DNA from: Rhodospirillales bacterium
GTDB lineage: Bacteria; Pseudomonadota; Alphaproteobacteria; Rhodospirillales; CALINB01
NCBI GenBank assembly: GCA_040904505.1
Contig: JBBDTH010000017.1
Span: 1 to 56,845, forward strand
Length of the DNA stretch: 56,845 nucleotides
Reading direction: 5' to 3'
The translations under genes and the position numbers were made by a program. How positions within the stretch are numbered: position 1 is the stretch's first letter; each line of letters opens with the position of its first letter. Positions 26,316 through 36,702 of this stretch are shown one piece after another. Below the pieces are notes generated by a model. The model was given only the letters and a program-made list of their open reading frames with translations. It was not told where the DNA came from and searched no databases.

Positions 26316-27503
26316 TTACGATTGCGTTGCCGTCCAATCGGCGACCTTGCGCAGAAACGCGAGGCAGGCGTCGACCTGCGACAGCTCGATGAACTCGTTA
26401 GGCTGATGGGCCTGCGCCGGGCTGCCCGGCCCGCAGACGACGGAGGGAATGCCGGCTTCTTGAAATTGGCCGGCCTCGGAAGCGAACGGCACCGAAATGC
26501 ACCGGTTTTGCCCGCTGAGCGCCAGCACGATGTCTTCCGCCGGCGACCCCGGCTGCGGGATCAACGGCGGCGCCCGGTGGCGCTGTTCCGTGGTGACGGC
26601 GATCTGGGGGTCGTCTTGCCCGGCGCCCGATTTCATGGCGGGCAGAAGATCGCTTTCGACGAAAGCCCGCAGGCGGCTCGGCGCTTCGCCCGGGTCGTCG
26701 TGCGGCAGGGAGCGGCAGTCCCAATCCACGTAGCAGTGTTCGGCGACGATATTGGTTGCCGCACCGCCGCGGATGCGCCCGATATTGATGGTGGTGTGGG
26801 CCGGATTGAGCGGGTCGTGGTCCCGGATGCCGGTACGGTCGCGCATTTCGTCGGCGAGCGCTTCGAGAAAGCCGATGCACTTTGCGGCCTGGGTAATGGC
26901 GTTGACGCCGCGCGCCGGAATCGAGGAGTGCGCGGGCTTGCCGATAACATGGGTCGTGTAGGAACGGACTTCTCTATGGGCGTTCGCGACTTTCATCTCG
27001 GACGGTTCGCCGATGACGGCCAGCAACGGTTTGGGGAGGTCTTTCAAAAGGCGCTCGAGCAAATACGGCGCGCCGAGGCAGCCGACTTCCTCGTCGTAGG
27101 AAAACGCGAAATAAATCGGCACTTTCGGCGATTTCGCGAGGAATTCCGGAACCAGCGCGAGCGCCAGCGCGATGAAGCTTTTCATGTCGGTGGTGCCGCG
27201 CCCGTAAAGCTTGCCGTCCTTTTCGAGTACCGTAAACGGATCGGACTCCCAGGCCTGGCCTTCGACGGGAACGACGTCGGTATGCCCCGACAGAACGATT
27301 CCGCCGGGCCTGATCGGGCCGAGTGCCGCGATCAGGTTCGCCTTGGTCTTGTCTTCGTTGAAAACGAGCGTGGACTCGATCCCGAAGCCGTCGAGATAAT
27401 CGGCGATGTATTCGATCAGGGCGAGGTTGGATTTCGACGACACCGTGTCGAATTCGATCAATCGGCGGATACTTTCGATCGGTGTCGGGGGAGCATTCGT
27501 CAT
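26316..27503 (-). CDS. argE: Acetylornithine deacetylase (M20 family, ArgE-type)
   Basis: 395 aa. N-terminal pattern LIEFDTVSSKSNLALIEYI...KANLIAALGP...SGHTDVVP...DPF...DGKLYGRGTTDMK matches the ArgE-type M20 signature as I know it. Confidence 0.75.
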   Translation of the reverse strand: MTNAPPTPIESIRRLIEFDTVSSKSNLALIEYIADYLDGFGIESTLVFNEDKTKANLIAALGPIRPGGIVLSGHTDVVPVEGQAWESDPFTVLEKDGKLYGRGTTDMKSFIALALALVPEFLAKSPKVPIYFAFSYDEEVGCLGAPYLLERLLKDLPKPLLAVIGEPSEMKVANAHREVRSYTTHVIGKPAHSSIPARGVNAITQAAKCIGFLEALADEMRDRTGIRDHDPLNPAHTTINIGRIRGGAATNIVAEHCYVDWDCRSLPHDDPGEAPSRLRAFVESDLLPAMKSGAGQDDPQIAVTTEQRHRAPPLIPQPGSPAEDIVLALSGQNRCISVPFASEAGQFQEAGIPSVVCGPGSPAQAHQPNEFIELSQVDACLAFLRKVADWTATQS

Positions 27504-27509
27504 AAAATT

Positions 27510-28958
27510 TTAACCGCGCCAGAAGGGCCGGGTGAACAACACGATAACGGTAAACAATTCGAGCCGGCCCAGCAACATGCCGGCGACCATCATCCATTTA
27601 CCGAGATCGGGCACGGATTGAAAGGTGCTTGCCGGTCCGACGACCGGGCCGAGCGCCGGTCCGACGTTCGAGATCGACGTCGCGGCCGCGGAAACGGCGG
27701 ATAGGAAATCGAGACCGACCATGCCGAGTCCGATGGTCAACAAGGCAAAACAGATACCGAAGACGAAAAAGAAGCTGAGAACGGAAACGATAACCTCGTC
27801 GGGGATGGGGCGGCGATTGTAATGGGGAATGGAAACGCCGTGAGGCTGTAACAGGTGATGAATCTGCGTGCGCGCGGCCGCATAGAGAACCTGAAATCGG
27901 AAAATCTTGATGCCGCAGGTCGTCGAGCCCGCGCAGCCGCCGATGAACATGATAAAGAAGAATACCGGCAAGGCGAAACTGCCCCACAGGCCGAAGTCGG
28001 CGGTGGCATATCCGGTGCCAGTGATGATCGAGACGATATTGAACGAGGCGAAGCGCAACGCCCGTGCCGGTTCCAGACCGTTGACATACCAAAGCCAGCC
28101 GGCCGCCGCCAGAACGGCGAACGTGACAATGGAGAAAAACCATTGGACCTGAGAATCGCGAAACAGGGCCTGTCCGTTGCCCTGCAGCATCTTCAGATAC
28201 AGGATAAACGGCAGGGCGCCGACCAACATGCCGACAGTGGCGATGAATTCGATGGTCGCATCGTTGAAGTGGCCGAAGGAGGCATCGGATGTCGAAAAAC
28301 CGGCGGTGGCGATGGTCGTCATGGCATGCGCGACCGCCTCGAAACCGCTCATTCCGGCCAGCCAATAGGCGGCGGCGCACAGAGTGGTCAGGACGAGATA
28401 GATGACGCCGATGGCACCGGCGACCTGAGCCGCGCGCGGCAGGGCCTTGTCGGATTGATCCGACGATTCCATTCGAAAAAGCTGCATGCCGCCGACCCGC
28501 AGGATCGGGAAGACGGCGATCGCGGTCACGATGATGCCGATTCCGCCGATCCACTGCAGCAGGGCGCGCCAGAGCAAGATACCGCGCGGCGCCGAATCGA
28601 GTTCGGTGACGACCGTCGAGCCGGTCGTCGTAATGCCCGACATCGCTTCGAAGAAGGCATCGGTGAAGCTGAGCTTCAATTCGGAATACATAAAGGGAAT
28701 GGAGGCGAACAGCGTCATGGCGACCCAACTTAACGTCGTCATGAGAAATGCTTGGCGTGTCGATAACCGCGTCCGCGGGGTCCGCGATGTCAGCGCCATG
28801 GCGACGCCGACGAACAGAGTCATGCAGGCGGACACCACAAAGACTTGCCAATCGTCGTGTCCGGTCAGGGCGTCGATGAGCGCCGGCAGGAGCATGACGA
28901 CGGCCAACATGGCTAACATAACGCCGATGACGAGGAAAATAGGTCTGTAATCCGCCAC
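27510..28958 (-). CDS. trkH: TrkH family potassium uptake protein
   Basis: 482 aa, polytopic. TrkH-type selectivity-loop motifs are present (TTTGST, TAGFST, TGTGYAT, GGCAGSTTCGIK, SNVGPALG). Confidence 0.9.
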   Translation of the reverse strand: MADYRPIFLVIGVMLAMLAVVMLLPALIDALTGHDDWQVFVVSACMTLFVGVAMALTSRTPRTRLSTRQAFLMTTLSWVAMTLFASIPFMYSELKLSFTDAFFEAMSGITTTGSTVVTELDSAPRGILLWRALLQWIGGIGIIVTAIAVFPILRVGGMQLFRMESSDQSDKALPRAAQVAGAIGVIYLVLTTLCAAAYWLAGMSGFEAVAHAMTTIATAGFSTSDASFGHFNDATIEFIATVGMLVGALPFILYLKMLQGNGQALFRDSQVQWFFSIVTFAVLAAAGWLWYVNGLEPARALRFASFNIVSIITGTGYATADFGLWGSFALPVFFFIMFIGGCAGSTTCGIKIFRFQVLYAAARTQIHHLLQPHGVSIPHYNRRPIPDEVIVSVLSFFFVFGICFALLTIGLGMVGLDFLSAVSAAATSISNVGPALGPVVGPASTFQSVPDLGKWMMVAGMLLGRLELFTVIVLFTRPFWRG

Positions 28959-29050
28959 CGACTCAGCCCCTGTTTGCCGCCGTTGCGTTTCCTGCTGTGC
29001 GGTTGTTCATGGATGAGACCGATGCGATAAAATGCGGCGCGTTAAGCCGA

Positions 29051-29689
29051 TCAAGCGAAGTCGCCGTCGCCGCCGGAGGAATTTCCGATCATTGCCAGAA
29101 ACTCGCGGCGCGTCGACTCGTTGTCCCGGAAGGCACCGAGCATGCGGCTGGTTACCATAGTAACGCCGTGTTTGTGGACGCCCCGGGTCGTCATACATTG
29201 GTGAGCCGCCTCGATCACGACGGCAACGCCATAAGGCTGCAGCACCGTATCGAGGGCGTTGGCGATCTGGGCCGTCATTTTTTCCTGAATCTGCAATCGT
29301 TTGGCGTAGGCCACGACAAGCCGGGCCAGTTTGCTGATCCCGACGACACGCTTGCGCGGCAGATAGGCAATATGCGCCTTGCCGAGGATAGGCGCCATGT
29401 GGTGTTCGCAGTGCGATTCGAAACGGATATTGCGCAATAACACCATTTCGTCATATCCCTCGACTTCCTCGAACGTTCGTTGGAGGATCTCTTCGGGGTC
29501 CGCTTCATAGCCTTCGAAAAACTCCCGATAGGAGTCGACGACTCGCGCGGGGGTGTCTTTCAAGCCTTCGCGATCGGGGTCGTCGCCGGCCCAAAGAATC
29601 AGGGTCCGGACGGCTTCCTCGGCCTGTTTGCGTGTCGGTTGCGTATCGGCGCTTTTCTTGACCACGCTGAGGGATTTCTGCTTATCCAC
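29051..29689 (-). CDS. folE: GTP cyclohydrolase I
   Basis: 212 aa. [22 protein letters not shown] and RLQIQEKMT motifs. GTG start with GGAGAA upstream. Confidence 0.9.
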   Translation of the reverse strand: MDKQKSLSVVKKSADTQPTRKQAEEAVRTLILWAGDDPDREGLKDTPARVVDSYREFFEGYEADPEEILQRTFEEVEGYDEMVLLRNIRFESHCEHHMAPILGKAHIAYLPRKRVVGISKLARLVVAYAKRLQIQEKMTAQIANALDTVLQPYGVAVVIEAAHQCMTTRGVHKHGVTMVTSRMLGAFRDNESTRREFLAMIGNSSGGDGDFA

Positions 29690-29814
29690 GGTATTCTCCG
29701 TTTAGCATCCACGTTTAAGCGTATTATGGACCAAAAGGCGAAGTTCTGCCTATACGGGCGTTTTTTATCCGGTAAACCGTTGAAAATCAGCGGGCTTACG
29801 CGTGCATCGGACGA

Positions 29815-30237
29815 TCAGTGCAATTGGCGCTTTTGGTGGGGGCTATCAAGCGAAAAGGCGGGGACCTTCGCATCGAATTCCTCGCCGTCTTCGGAAATCA
29901 TCTGGTATGCACCGACCATAAATCCGGATGGCGTGGGCAAGGGAGTCCCGCTGGTGTATTCGAACGACTCGCCCGGGGCGAGCACCGGTTGTTCCCCGAC
30001 GACGCCTTCCCCCCGGACTTCCTGGCTGTTGCCGGTTTCATCGGTAATCGACCAAAATCGGTTCAGTAATTGCACGGTCCGATTGCCGTTGTTTTCGATG
30101 CGGACGTGATAGGCCCATACATACAGGTTGTCGTCGGGCGAGGACTGATCAGCCAGGTAGTAGGCCCGTACCTGTATCGTGATCGCCCGAGTCGTTTCGG
30201 AAAAAAATGCCGTTTCTCGTTCGCCTCGGTTCAGCAC
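29815..30237 (-). CDS. apaG: ApaG (DUF525) protein
   Basis: 140 aa. YVWAYHVRIENNGNRTVQLLNRFWSITDETG...GEGVVGEQPVLAPGESFEYTSG is the ApaG signature. GTG start. Confidence 0.85.
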   Translation of the reverse strand: MLNRGERETAFFSETTRAITIQVRAYYLADQSSPDDNLYVWAYHVRIENNGNRTVQLLNRFWSITDETGNSQEVRGEGVVGEQPVLAPGESFEYTSGTPLPTPSGFMVGAYQMISEDGEEFDAKVPAFSLDSPHQKRQLH

Positions 30238-30372
30238 GGAAGCCTCTTAAAAATTGCGCTCGGGGTGTTTAGCTCGGGCACCCGGGATCAACGATTGAAA
30301 TGTCGGTTATTTTCACCGGCGTTTCAAGCCATCAATTCGAGGCGCATTCGTGCGGCCTCGACGGTCTCGGCC

Positions 30373-30966
30373 TCAAATGTTTGGTGCCGGACCGACAATG
30401 ATGTCGACGCGCCGGTTCCGCGATTCCGGGGATCCATCGGGTGTCACGATCCTGGGACGGTTATCGCCGAAGGCTTCGATATCGATTTTCTCCGACAGAA
30501 TGCCGCGTTCGAGAAACGCTTTACGCACGGCCTCGACCCGTTGACGGGAGAGTGCCATGTTATAAGAGGAAGAACCGGATTTATCGGCATGGCCGGCGGC
30601 GAATATCCGAATTTGCCGGCCGTGCCGGGCAATGTCGATGGCGGCGTCGAGCGCTTCTTGCGCAGCGCCGTTCAACCGGTTGCTGTCGAAATCGAACAAC
30701 ACCACGAAAGCACGGGTTTCGGGTTTAGCGGCATTTCGATCGGTTGTTAAATTCGATTGTAGAATAGATCCTTGCGGCGCCGTCGGTGCGCCCACTTCGA
30801 ACGTCGCTGCAAATCGCTTCACGGAGGCGTTTTTTGCCAGCACCGGCAGGTGATCGGCGTGCCGAGCCGGCGAATCGGGTGCGGGAAACGGCAGGGGGTC
30901 GAGAGTCAGAAAGGCGAACTCCGCCATCAAAAATCCGATGAGAATCAGTGTGCGCGACAATGTCAT
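30373..30966 (-). CDS. OmpA/MotB-domain protein
   Basis: 197 aa with an N-terminal hydrophobic segment. C-terminal OmpA-like peptidoglycan-binding domain: GHADKSGSSSYNMALSRQRVEAVRKAFLERG...NRRVDI. Confidence 0.8.
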   Translation of the reverse strand: MTLSRTLILIGFLMAEFAFLTLDPLPFPAPDSPARHADHLPVLAKNASVKRFAATFEVGAPTAPQGSILQSNLTTDRNAAKPETRAFVVLFDFDSNRLNGAAQEALDAAIDIARHGRQIRIFAAGHADKSGSSSYNMALSRQRVEAVRKAFLERGILSEKIDIEAFGDNRPRIVTPDGSPESRNRRVDIIVGPAPNI

Positions 30967-31217
30967 CGTGCGGCCTCATGTATTGGACCGTTCGGTCGGT
31001 TTTCCCTAAAAGGGCCGGATTTTTAACGCTAGAAAGGATTTGTGGCCAAAATACGTCAAGCCGGACGGCGGTTCGTAGGCGGAGTCGAAAATCGGCAGGT
31101 GTGTCGTTTCGGCAACACATCGGCATTAATTCTTATGGGGGCTAGCCGGATGTATATTTAAGGCATAAGTTTGAACGCGCTATCATAACAATTGCAAACT
31201 TTCGAGGGTATTCGATC

Positions 31218-32291
31218 ATGCTGAAACGCCGTTTCGCGTTTGTTCTTGCCTTCGCCTTGGCATTGCCGTTTGTCATGCCGACAACCGTCCAAGCCGGTGA
31301 AGGATTTTATCTCGGCCTCGGTGCCGGCGCCGTGTTTCCCGAAGATTCGGACGTCACGGGAACAGGCGTGAACGTTACCACCGAATTCGACACCGGTTAT
31401 TCGGTAATCGGCGCGCTCGGTTACGCATACCGCAATGGGTTTCGCAGCGAGTTCGAACTCGGCTACCGGGATGTCAACATCGACTCGGTATCCGGCGTGA
31501 CGACGGGCTCCGGCGACGTCGGTCTTTTCAGTTTCATGGCCAACGGGTATTACGATTTTAGAAATAAGTCCGCTTGGACGCCGTATCTCGGCCTCGGTAT
31601 CGGTGGCGCTAAAGTCAGCGCCGATGCCGTTTCGCCGATTTCAGGATCGGTTATGGACGATTCGGATTTGGTTTTCGCTTATCAGGGCATAGCGGGCGTA
31701 ACTTACGACATCAACGAACAACTCAGCATGTTTGCCGATTACCGGTATTTCCGCACGATGGATCCGGACTTCACGCTGCAGAGCGGCACGGATGTCGAGT
31801 CGGAATACGCCGATCACCGAGTCATGGTCGGCTTGCGCTGGTTTTTCAATGCACCCAAAAAACCGATGGCGAAGCCGATGCCGGTCAGCGAGCCTGCACC
31901 CGCACCCGCACCGAAAGCGGCGCCGGCACCCGCGCCCGCGCCGAAACCGCAGGTTTCGATTCCCCGCACTTTCCTGGTTTTCTTCGATTGGAATAAGGCC
32001 GACCTGACCAAGGAGGCCCAGGATATCGTCAATTCGGCGGCGGATTTCGCTAAAAAGGGCAATATCGTGCGGATCGTTGCGACCGGCCACGCCGACCGGT
32101 CCGGCCCCGACAAATACAATATGGGATTGTCCCAGCGCCGCGCCGACTCGGTCAAGGCGGAGTTGATCCGTCGCGGGATTTCGGCGAACGGGATAGCCGT
32201 TCTCTGGAAGGGCGAACGCGAGCCGTTGGTCGCGACGAAAGACGGCGTTCGCGAGCCGCAAAATCGGCGGGTCGAGATCGTCCTCAAGTAA
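31218..32291 (+). CDS. OmpA-family outer membrane protein (N-terminal beta-barrel, PA-rich linker, C-terminal OmpA domain)
   Basis: 357 aa with a signal peptide (ALPFVMPTTVQA). Barrel-like alternating Gly/aromatic strands, a linker PAPAPAPKAAPAPAPAPKP, then GHADRSGPDKYNMGLSQRRADSV...NRRVEI. Confidence 0.85.
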   Translation: MLKRRFAFVLAFALALPFVMPTTVQAGEGFYLGLGAGAVFPEDSDVTGTGVNVTTEFDTGYSVIGALGYAYRNGFRSEFELGYRDVNIDSVSGVTTGSGDVGLFSFMANGYYDFRNKSAWTPYLGLGIGGAKVSADAVSPISGSVMDDSDLVFAYQGIAGVTYDINEQLSMFADYRYFRTMDPDFTLQSGTDVESEYADHRVMVGLRWFFNAPKKPMAKPMPVSEPAPAPAPKAAPAPAPAPKPQVSIPRTFLVFFDWNKADLTKEAQDIVNSAADFAKKGNIVRIVATGHADRSGPDKYNMGLSQRRADSVKAELIRRGISANGIAVLWKGEREPLVATKDGVREPQNRRVEIVLK

Positions 32292-32319
32292 CCCCGGTTA
32301 AAGGTTCTGAAATCAAACG

Positions 32320-32356
32320 AGCCCCGGACGGCATCGCTGTCCGGGGCTAAATTTTT
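32320..32356 (+). terminator. Rho-independent terminator after the OmpA-family gene (between convergent genes)
   Basis: 10-bp perfect stem AGCCCCGGAC / GTCCGGGGCT (32320-32329 / 32339-32348) with a 9-nt loop, followed by AAATTTTT. Confidence 0.75.
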
Positions 32357-32380
32357 GGCGCTTGGAAATAAATTCGGAAA

Positions 32381-32887
32381 CTATTGACTGCGGTTTGCGG
32401 CGCGGAAATCCGGCTGACATGCCGCGATTCCGTGAGAGCCGGCAATGGGCAGGCTGCTTGCCAGGGCCGTGACGGCACCGTTGCCGGCGCCGAGAACGCG
32501 GGAGAAAAGCACCTGGGCATCGGTGCAATAGGTGTCGCCTGCCGCGATTCGCGCCGCGGATTCATCATTCGCCAAACGGGTGACGAAACGATTGAGATGA
32601 TGTCGGGCCGATTTGCCGTAGGCCCGGTGGAACAGGCGGCGCAGGGTGTGGCCATGGGGGACCAGTTCGGCGCGAAATCTTTGTACGAAGGTGTTGTAAT
32701 GGGGCTTGGCGTTGCAGGAGAGCGCGGCAACCATCAGGCGGGTTTGCAGAACCCGGACATCCAAGGCTTGTTGTTCCGTCGGCGACGGACACATCATCGA
32801 ATACGCCGGCGTTATCTGCGCAAAGACCGCCACCGCCGTGACCATGGCGATGCAAGCCGATGTTTTTTTTCGGTTTCCTGTCGACAA
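32381..32887 (-). CDS. Hypothetical secreted protein (four Cys)
   Basis: 168 aa with a signal-like N-terminus (IAMVTAVAVFAQITPAYS). No family recognised. The coding call rests on ORF length and composition compared with the overlapping frames. Confidence 0.5.
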   Translation of the reverse strand: MSTGNRKKTSACIAMVTAVAVFAQITPAYSMMCPSPTEQQALDVRVLQTRLMVAALSCNAKPHYNTFVQRFRAELVPHGHTLRRLFHRAYGKSARHHLNRFVTRLANDESAARIAAGDTYCTDAQVLFSRVLGAGNGAVTALASSLPIAGSHGIAACQPDFRAANRSQ

Positions 32888-33005
32888 CCCCTTGTCCCCC
32901 TAGATGTTTCCCCAAACCGTTTTCTAGGTCGTTGAATGGCCCCATAGTGCCAGCATTCGGCGCAAACGGCAAGACCGGGGTATTTCCGATAAATCCTGAT
33001 CCGAT

Positions 33006-33965
33006 CTAATCCGGGCTGCAGGAGGCACCGCCGAGAACGCAGAATTTGGCGCAATGGGGGTGGTTCAGCTTGACCGGTGCCGCCGCGTCCGAAAGGGCCG
33101 GGCCGAGTTCGAAAGCCGGATCGTACGGCAACAGGGTACAGGGAACCACGGTAGGGGTCTCGGCCCCTTTGCGTTTGATGACCATGCGCGAGGTCGCGCA
33201 CATCATCATGGCCGGTTCGATTCCGAGAATTTCCCAACATGAGGCAGTGATCTCGGGCACGTCTTCCTTGGCGTCCATTTCCGGAAAAATCACGATACGC
33301 GCCGGATCGTCGGCATCGACGGGAATTCCCAGCCGGGTAAACAAATCGGCATATCCCCGCCGTGCATCGGCTTCCGTTTCGGTCCAGCAGGCGCGCCCGG
33401 CAACGGCGAGTGAAAACCCGTTTTCGGCAAGCCACCGCAGGCCCTCGATCATCGGCTCCCAGGTATTTTGGCCGCGAATGTCCTCGTGCTTTTCGCGTGT
33501 ATGGTGATCGATCGAAACGCGCAGCCGCAAAGCGTCGCCGTAAGTCTCGCGCAGGCGCAGCAGGTCGGCGCGCTTGTGGGCCATCGGTTTCATCGCGTTC
33601 GTCAGCACCAAAACCCGAAACCCCCGTTCGAGCGCGTCGCCGATCATGACCGGCAGCTCCGGATTCATGAACGGTTCGCCGCCGGTAAAGGCGATTTCCT
33701 CGACCGGCAGACCGGCGTGCGCGATTTCATCGAGATAGCGGCGGACCTCGCGCCGGGTGAGATAGACGAGGCTGTCGTTGGTCGGACTTGAGTCCATATA
33801 GCAATTACGGCATGTGATGTTGCAGAGGCTGCCGGTATTGAACCACAGGGTTTTCAAGCGGGTCAGGGCCACGACCGCCCGCGTTTGGCCGTCGGCGGTC
33901 GTGTCGGGATCCCGGAATTTGAGCGGGTCCAAGGGTTTCTTAGCGGCGTGTTTCGCGCTCGGCAT
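33006..33965 (-). CDS. Radical SAM protein with Cys-containing C-terminal domain (ArsS-like architecture, function unknown)
   Basis: 319 aa. CxxxCxxC cluster motif CNITCRNCYMDSSP, a GGEPF SAM-binding motif, and a C-terminal region with conserved-looking Cys (MMCATS, VPCTLL, HPHCAKFCVLGGASC). Confidence 0.7.
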   Translation of the reverse strand: MPSAKHAAKKPLDPLKFRDPDTTADGQTRAVVALTRLKTLWFNTGSLCNITCRNCYMDSSPTNDSLVYLTRREVRRYLDEIAHAGLPVEEIAFTGGEPFMNPELPVMIGDALERGFRVLVLTNAMKPMAHKRADLLRLRETYGDALRLRVSIDHHTREKHEDIRGQNTWEPMIEGLRWLAENGFSLAVAGRACWTETEADARRGYADLFTRLGIPVDADDPARIVIFPEMDAKEDVPEITASCWEILGIEPAMMMCATSRMVIKRKGAETPTVVPCTLLPYDPAFELGPALSDAAAPVKLNHPHCAKFCVLGGASCSPD

Positions 33966-34175
33966 GATGGTGCTTTCGAGGCTCGCGTTTCACAAGGCCG
34001 GAGTCTGAAAATAAACCATTGGTTTTGTTACCCTATTGGCCCCGATCCCGCCAAGTAATATAGTCGTGATGGTTTTCGGCGCTCAAGCTCCGAGAGCGGA
34101 TCTTGGCGCTTGGCGGCGGTGCGGTCTTAGATGATACTGGGACGATACCGGGACGATATCGGCGCCGACCGGCCC

Positions 34176-34249
34176 GCGGGCGTAGTTCAATGGTAGAACG
34201 AAAGCTTCCCAAGCTTTAGACGTGGGTTCGATTCCCATCGCCCGCTCCA
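34176..34249 (+). tRNA. tRNA-Gly (anticodon CCC)
   Basis: Manual cloverleaf. Acceptor GCGGGCG/CGCCCGC, D arm GTTC-AATGGTA-GAAC, anticodon arm AAAGC-TTCCCAA-GCTTT, T arm GTGGG-TTCGATT-CCCAT, discriminator T, encoded CCA. 74 nt. Confidence 0.9.
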
Positions 34250-35547
34250 AAATCTCCCCCTTTGATTTCATTGCCGTCCTGGTCCCGAAACGGAAACACC
34301 ATCGTTTCTTCGACCTCCGCGGCCGGTTCGCCACGCGGGTCCAATTCGGTTGCGAACGGCGTCGTGCGCGGGACCGGTTGAAACGGCGCTTGCTCGTCGA
34401 TGGGCGGGGCCGCGCGCTGGGTTTGGCGCCATTGGGCGTAAAGCCCGGTTGCGAGGCCGATTGCCGCGATGAAGCCGAACAGCCCGAGCGGACCGACAAG
34501 GCTTATAACACCGGCGGCGGCCAGCGGCCCGCACGCGGAGCCGACGCCGTAGGCCAGGATCAAACCCGCACTGGCCGGCATGAGGTCGACCGGGTCGATA
34601 TGGTCGTTGGCGTGGGAAACGCACAAAGGATAAAGCGTGAAAAGCGCGCCGCCGAGAAACGGCGCCATTACCAGAAGCCCGAAGGCCGTCCACAACGACA
34701 GGCCGATGACCGCAAGCGAAACGGCGCAGATGGCAAACGCGACTGCGATGATGACCTTCCGGCGGTCGTACCGGTCCGACAATTTGCCGATGGGCCACTG
34801 CAACAGCAGCCCGCCGAGAACCGTATAGGCCATGAATTGCGAGGTGCCGGCGGTGTCCAGGCCCATCTTGGTCGTGAAGAACGGCGCAAGACCTTAAAAC
34901 GCCCCGAGAATAATGCCCGCCGCCGCGGCGCCGCCGATGCCGAGCGGCGAAATCTCGTGAAGCTTCTTGATGTTGAACGGCGTGTACGTCGGCAGGGCGG
35001 GCGGCACGATGCGCGCCGTGGCGACGGGCACGGCCGCCAGGGAAACCAAAATGGCGATCAGGGCATAGAGGGCGAAACCGCTCGGGTCGGGGATGTTCAA
35101 CAGAAGCTGGCCCAGGCTGATGCCGACGTAGAGCGTGATCATGTAAAGCGACATCACTTCGCCGCGCTGCTCTTGGGTGGAGCGTTCGTTGAGCCAGCTT
35201 TCCGTGCACATATAAAGCCCGGCCAGGCAAACGCCTTGAACGACCCGTAATCCGAACCAGAAGTAGGCGTCGAACAGGAAAGGGTGGCTCAGGATCGACG
35301 CGGCGAGAACCGCCATGAAGGCCGTAAAGGCGCGGATATGTCCGACCCGGACGATGAGATGCCGGCCGACGTAAACGCCCGCGACCAAGCCGCAAAAAAA
35401 GCCGGACATGATCATGCCGACGACCATGGAGCTGCTGCCGGCCTGGGTCAGCCGCAGGGGCAGTAGAATGCCGAGCAGGCCGTTGCCGATCGACATGAGG
35501 GCCATGCCGAGAAGCAGGGCGCCGACGGAAGCGATGACGTTGGTCAC
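34216..35547 (-). pseudogene. YcaD/YfkF-type MFS transporter interrupted by one in-frame TAA
   Basis: ORFs 34894-35547 and 34216-34866 share one frame. Read through, the sequence is ...AAGIILGAF*GLAPFFTTKMGLDTAG...LLQWPIGKLSDRYDRR. The stop (complement of 34894-34896) falls inside a TM segment, at the position where my recollection of E. coli YcaD has Tyr (SLYGLMPLYL). Confidence 0.75.
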
Positions 35548-35571
35548 GATGAACCTTGTGCGGTCATTCTA

Positions 35572-36687
<1,116 letters not shown>

Positions 36688-36702
36688 CTAAAAGCGGCTA
36701 AA

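Noticed and set aside
34894-34896. Programmed read-through or recoding of the in-frame TAA in the MFS gene
   Set aside because: TAA is not a known recoding codon in bacteria, and no SECIS- or PYLIS-like structure is evident. A simple Tyr-to-ochre mutation or a sequencing error explains it.
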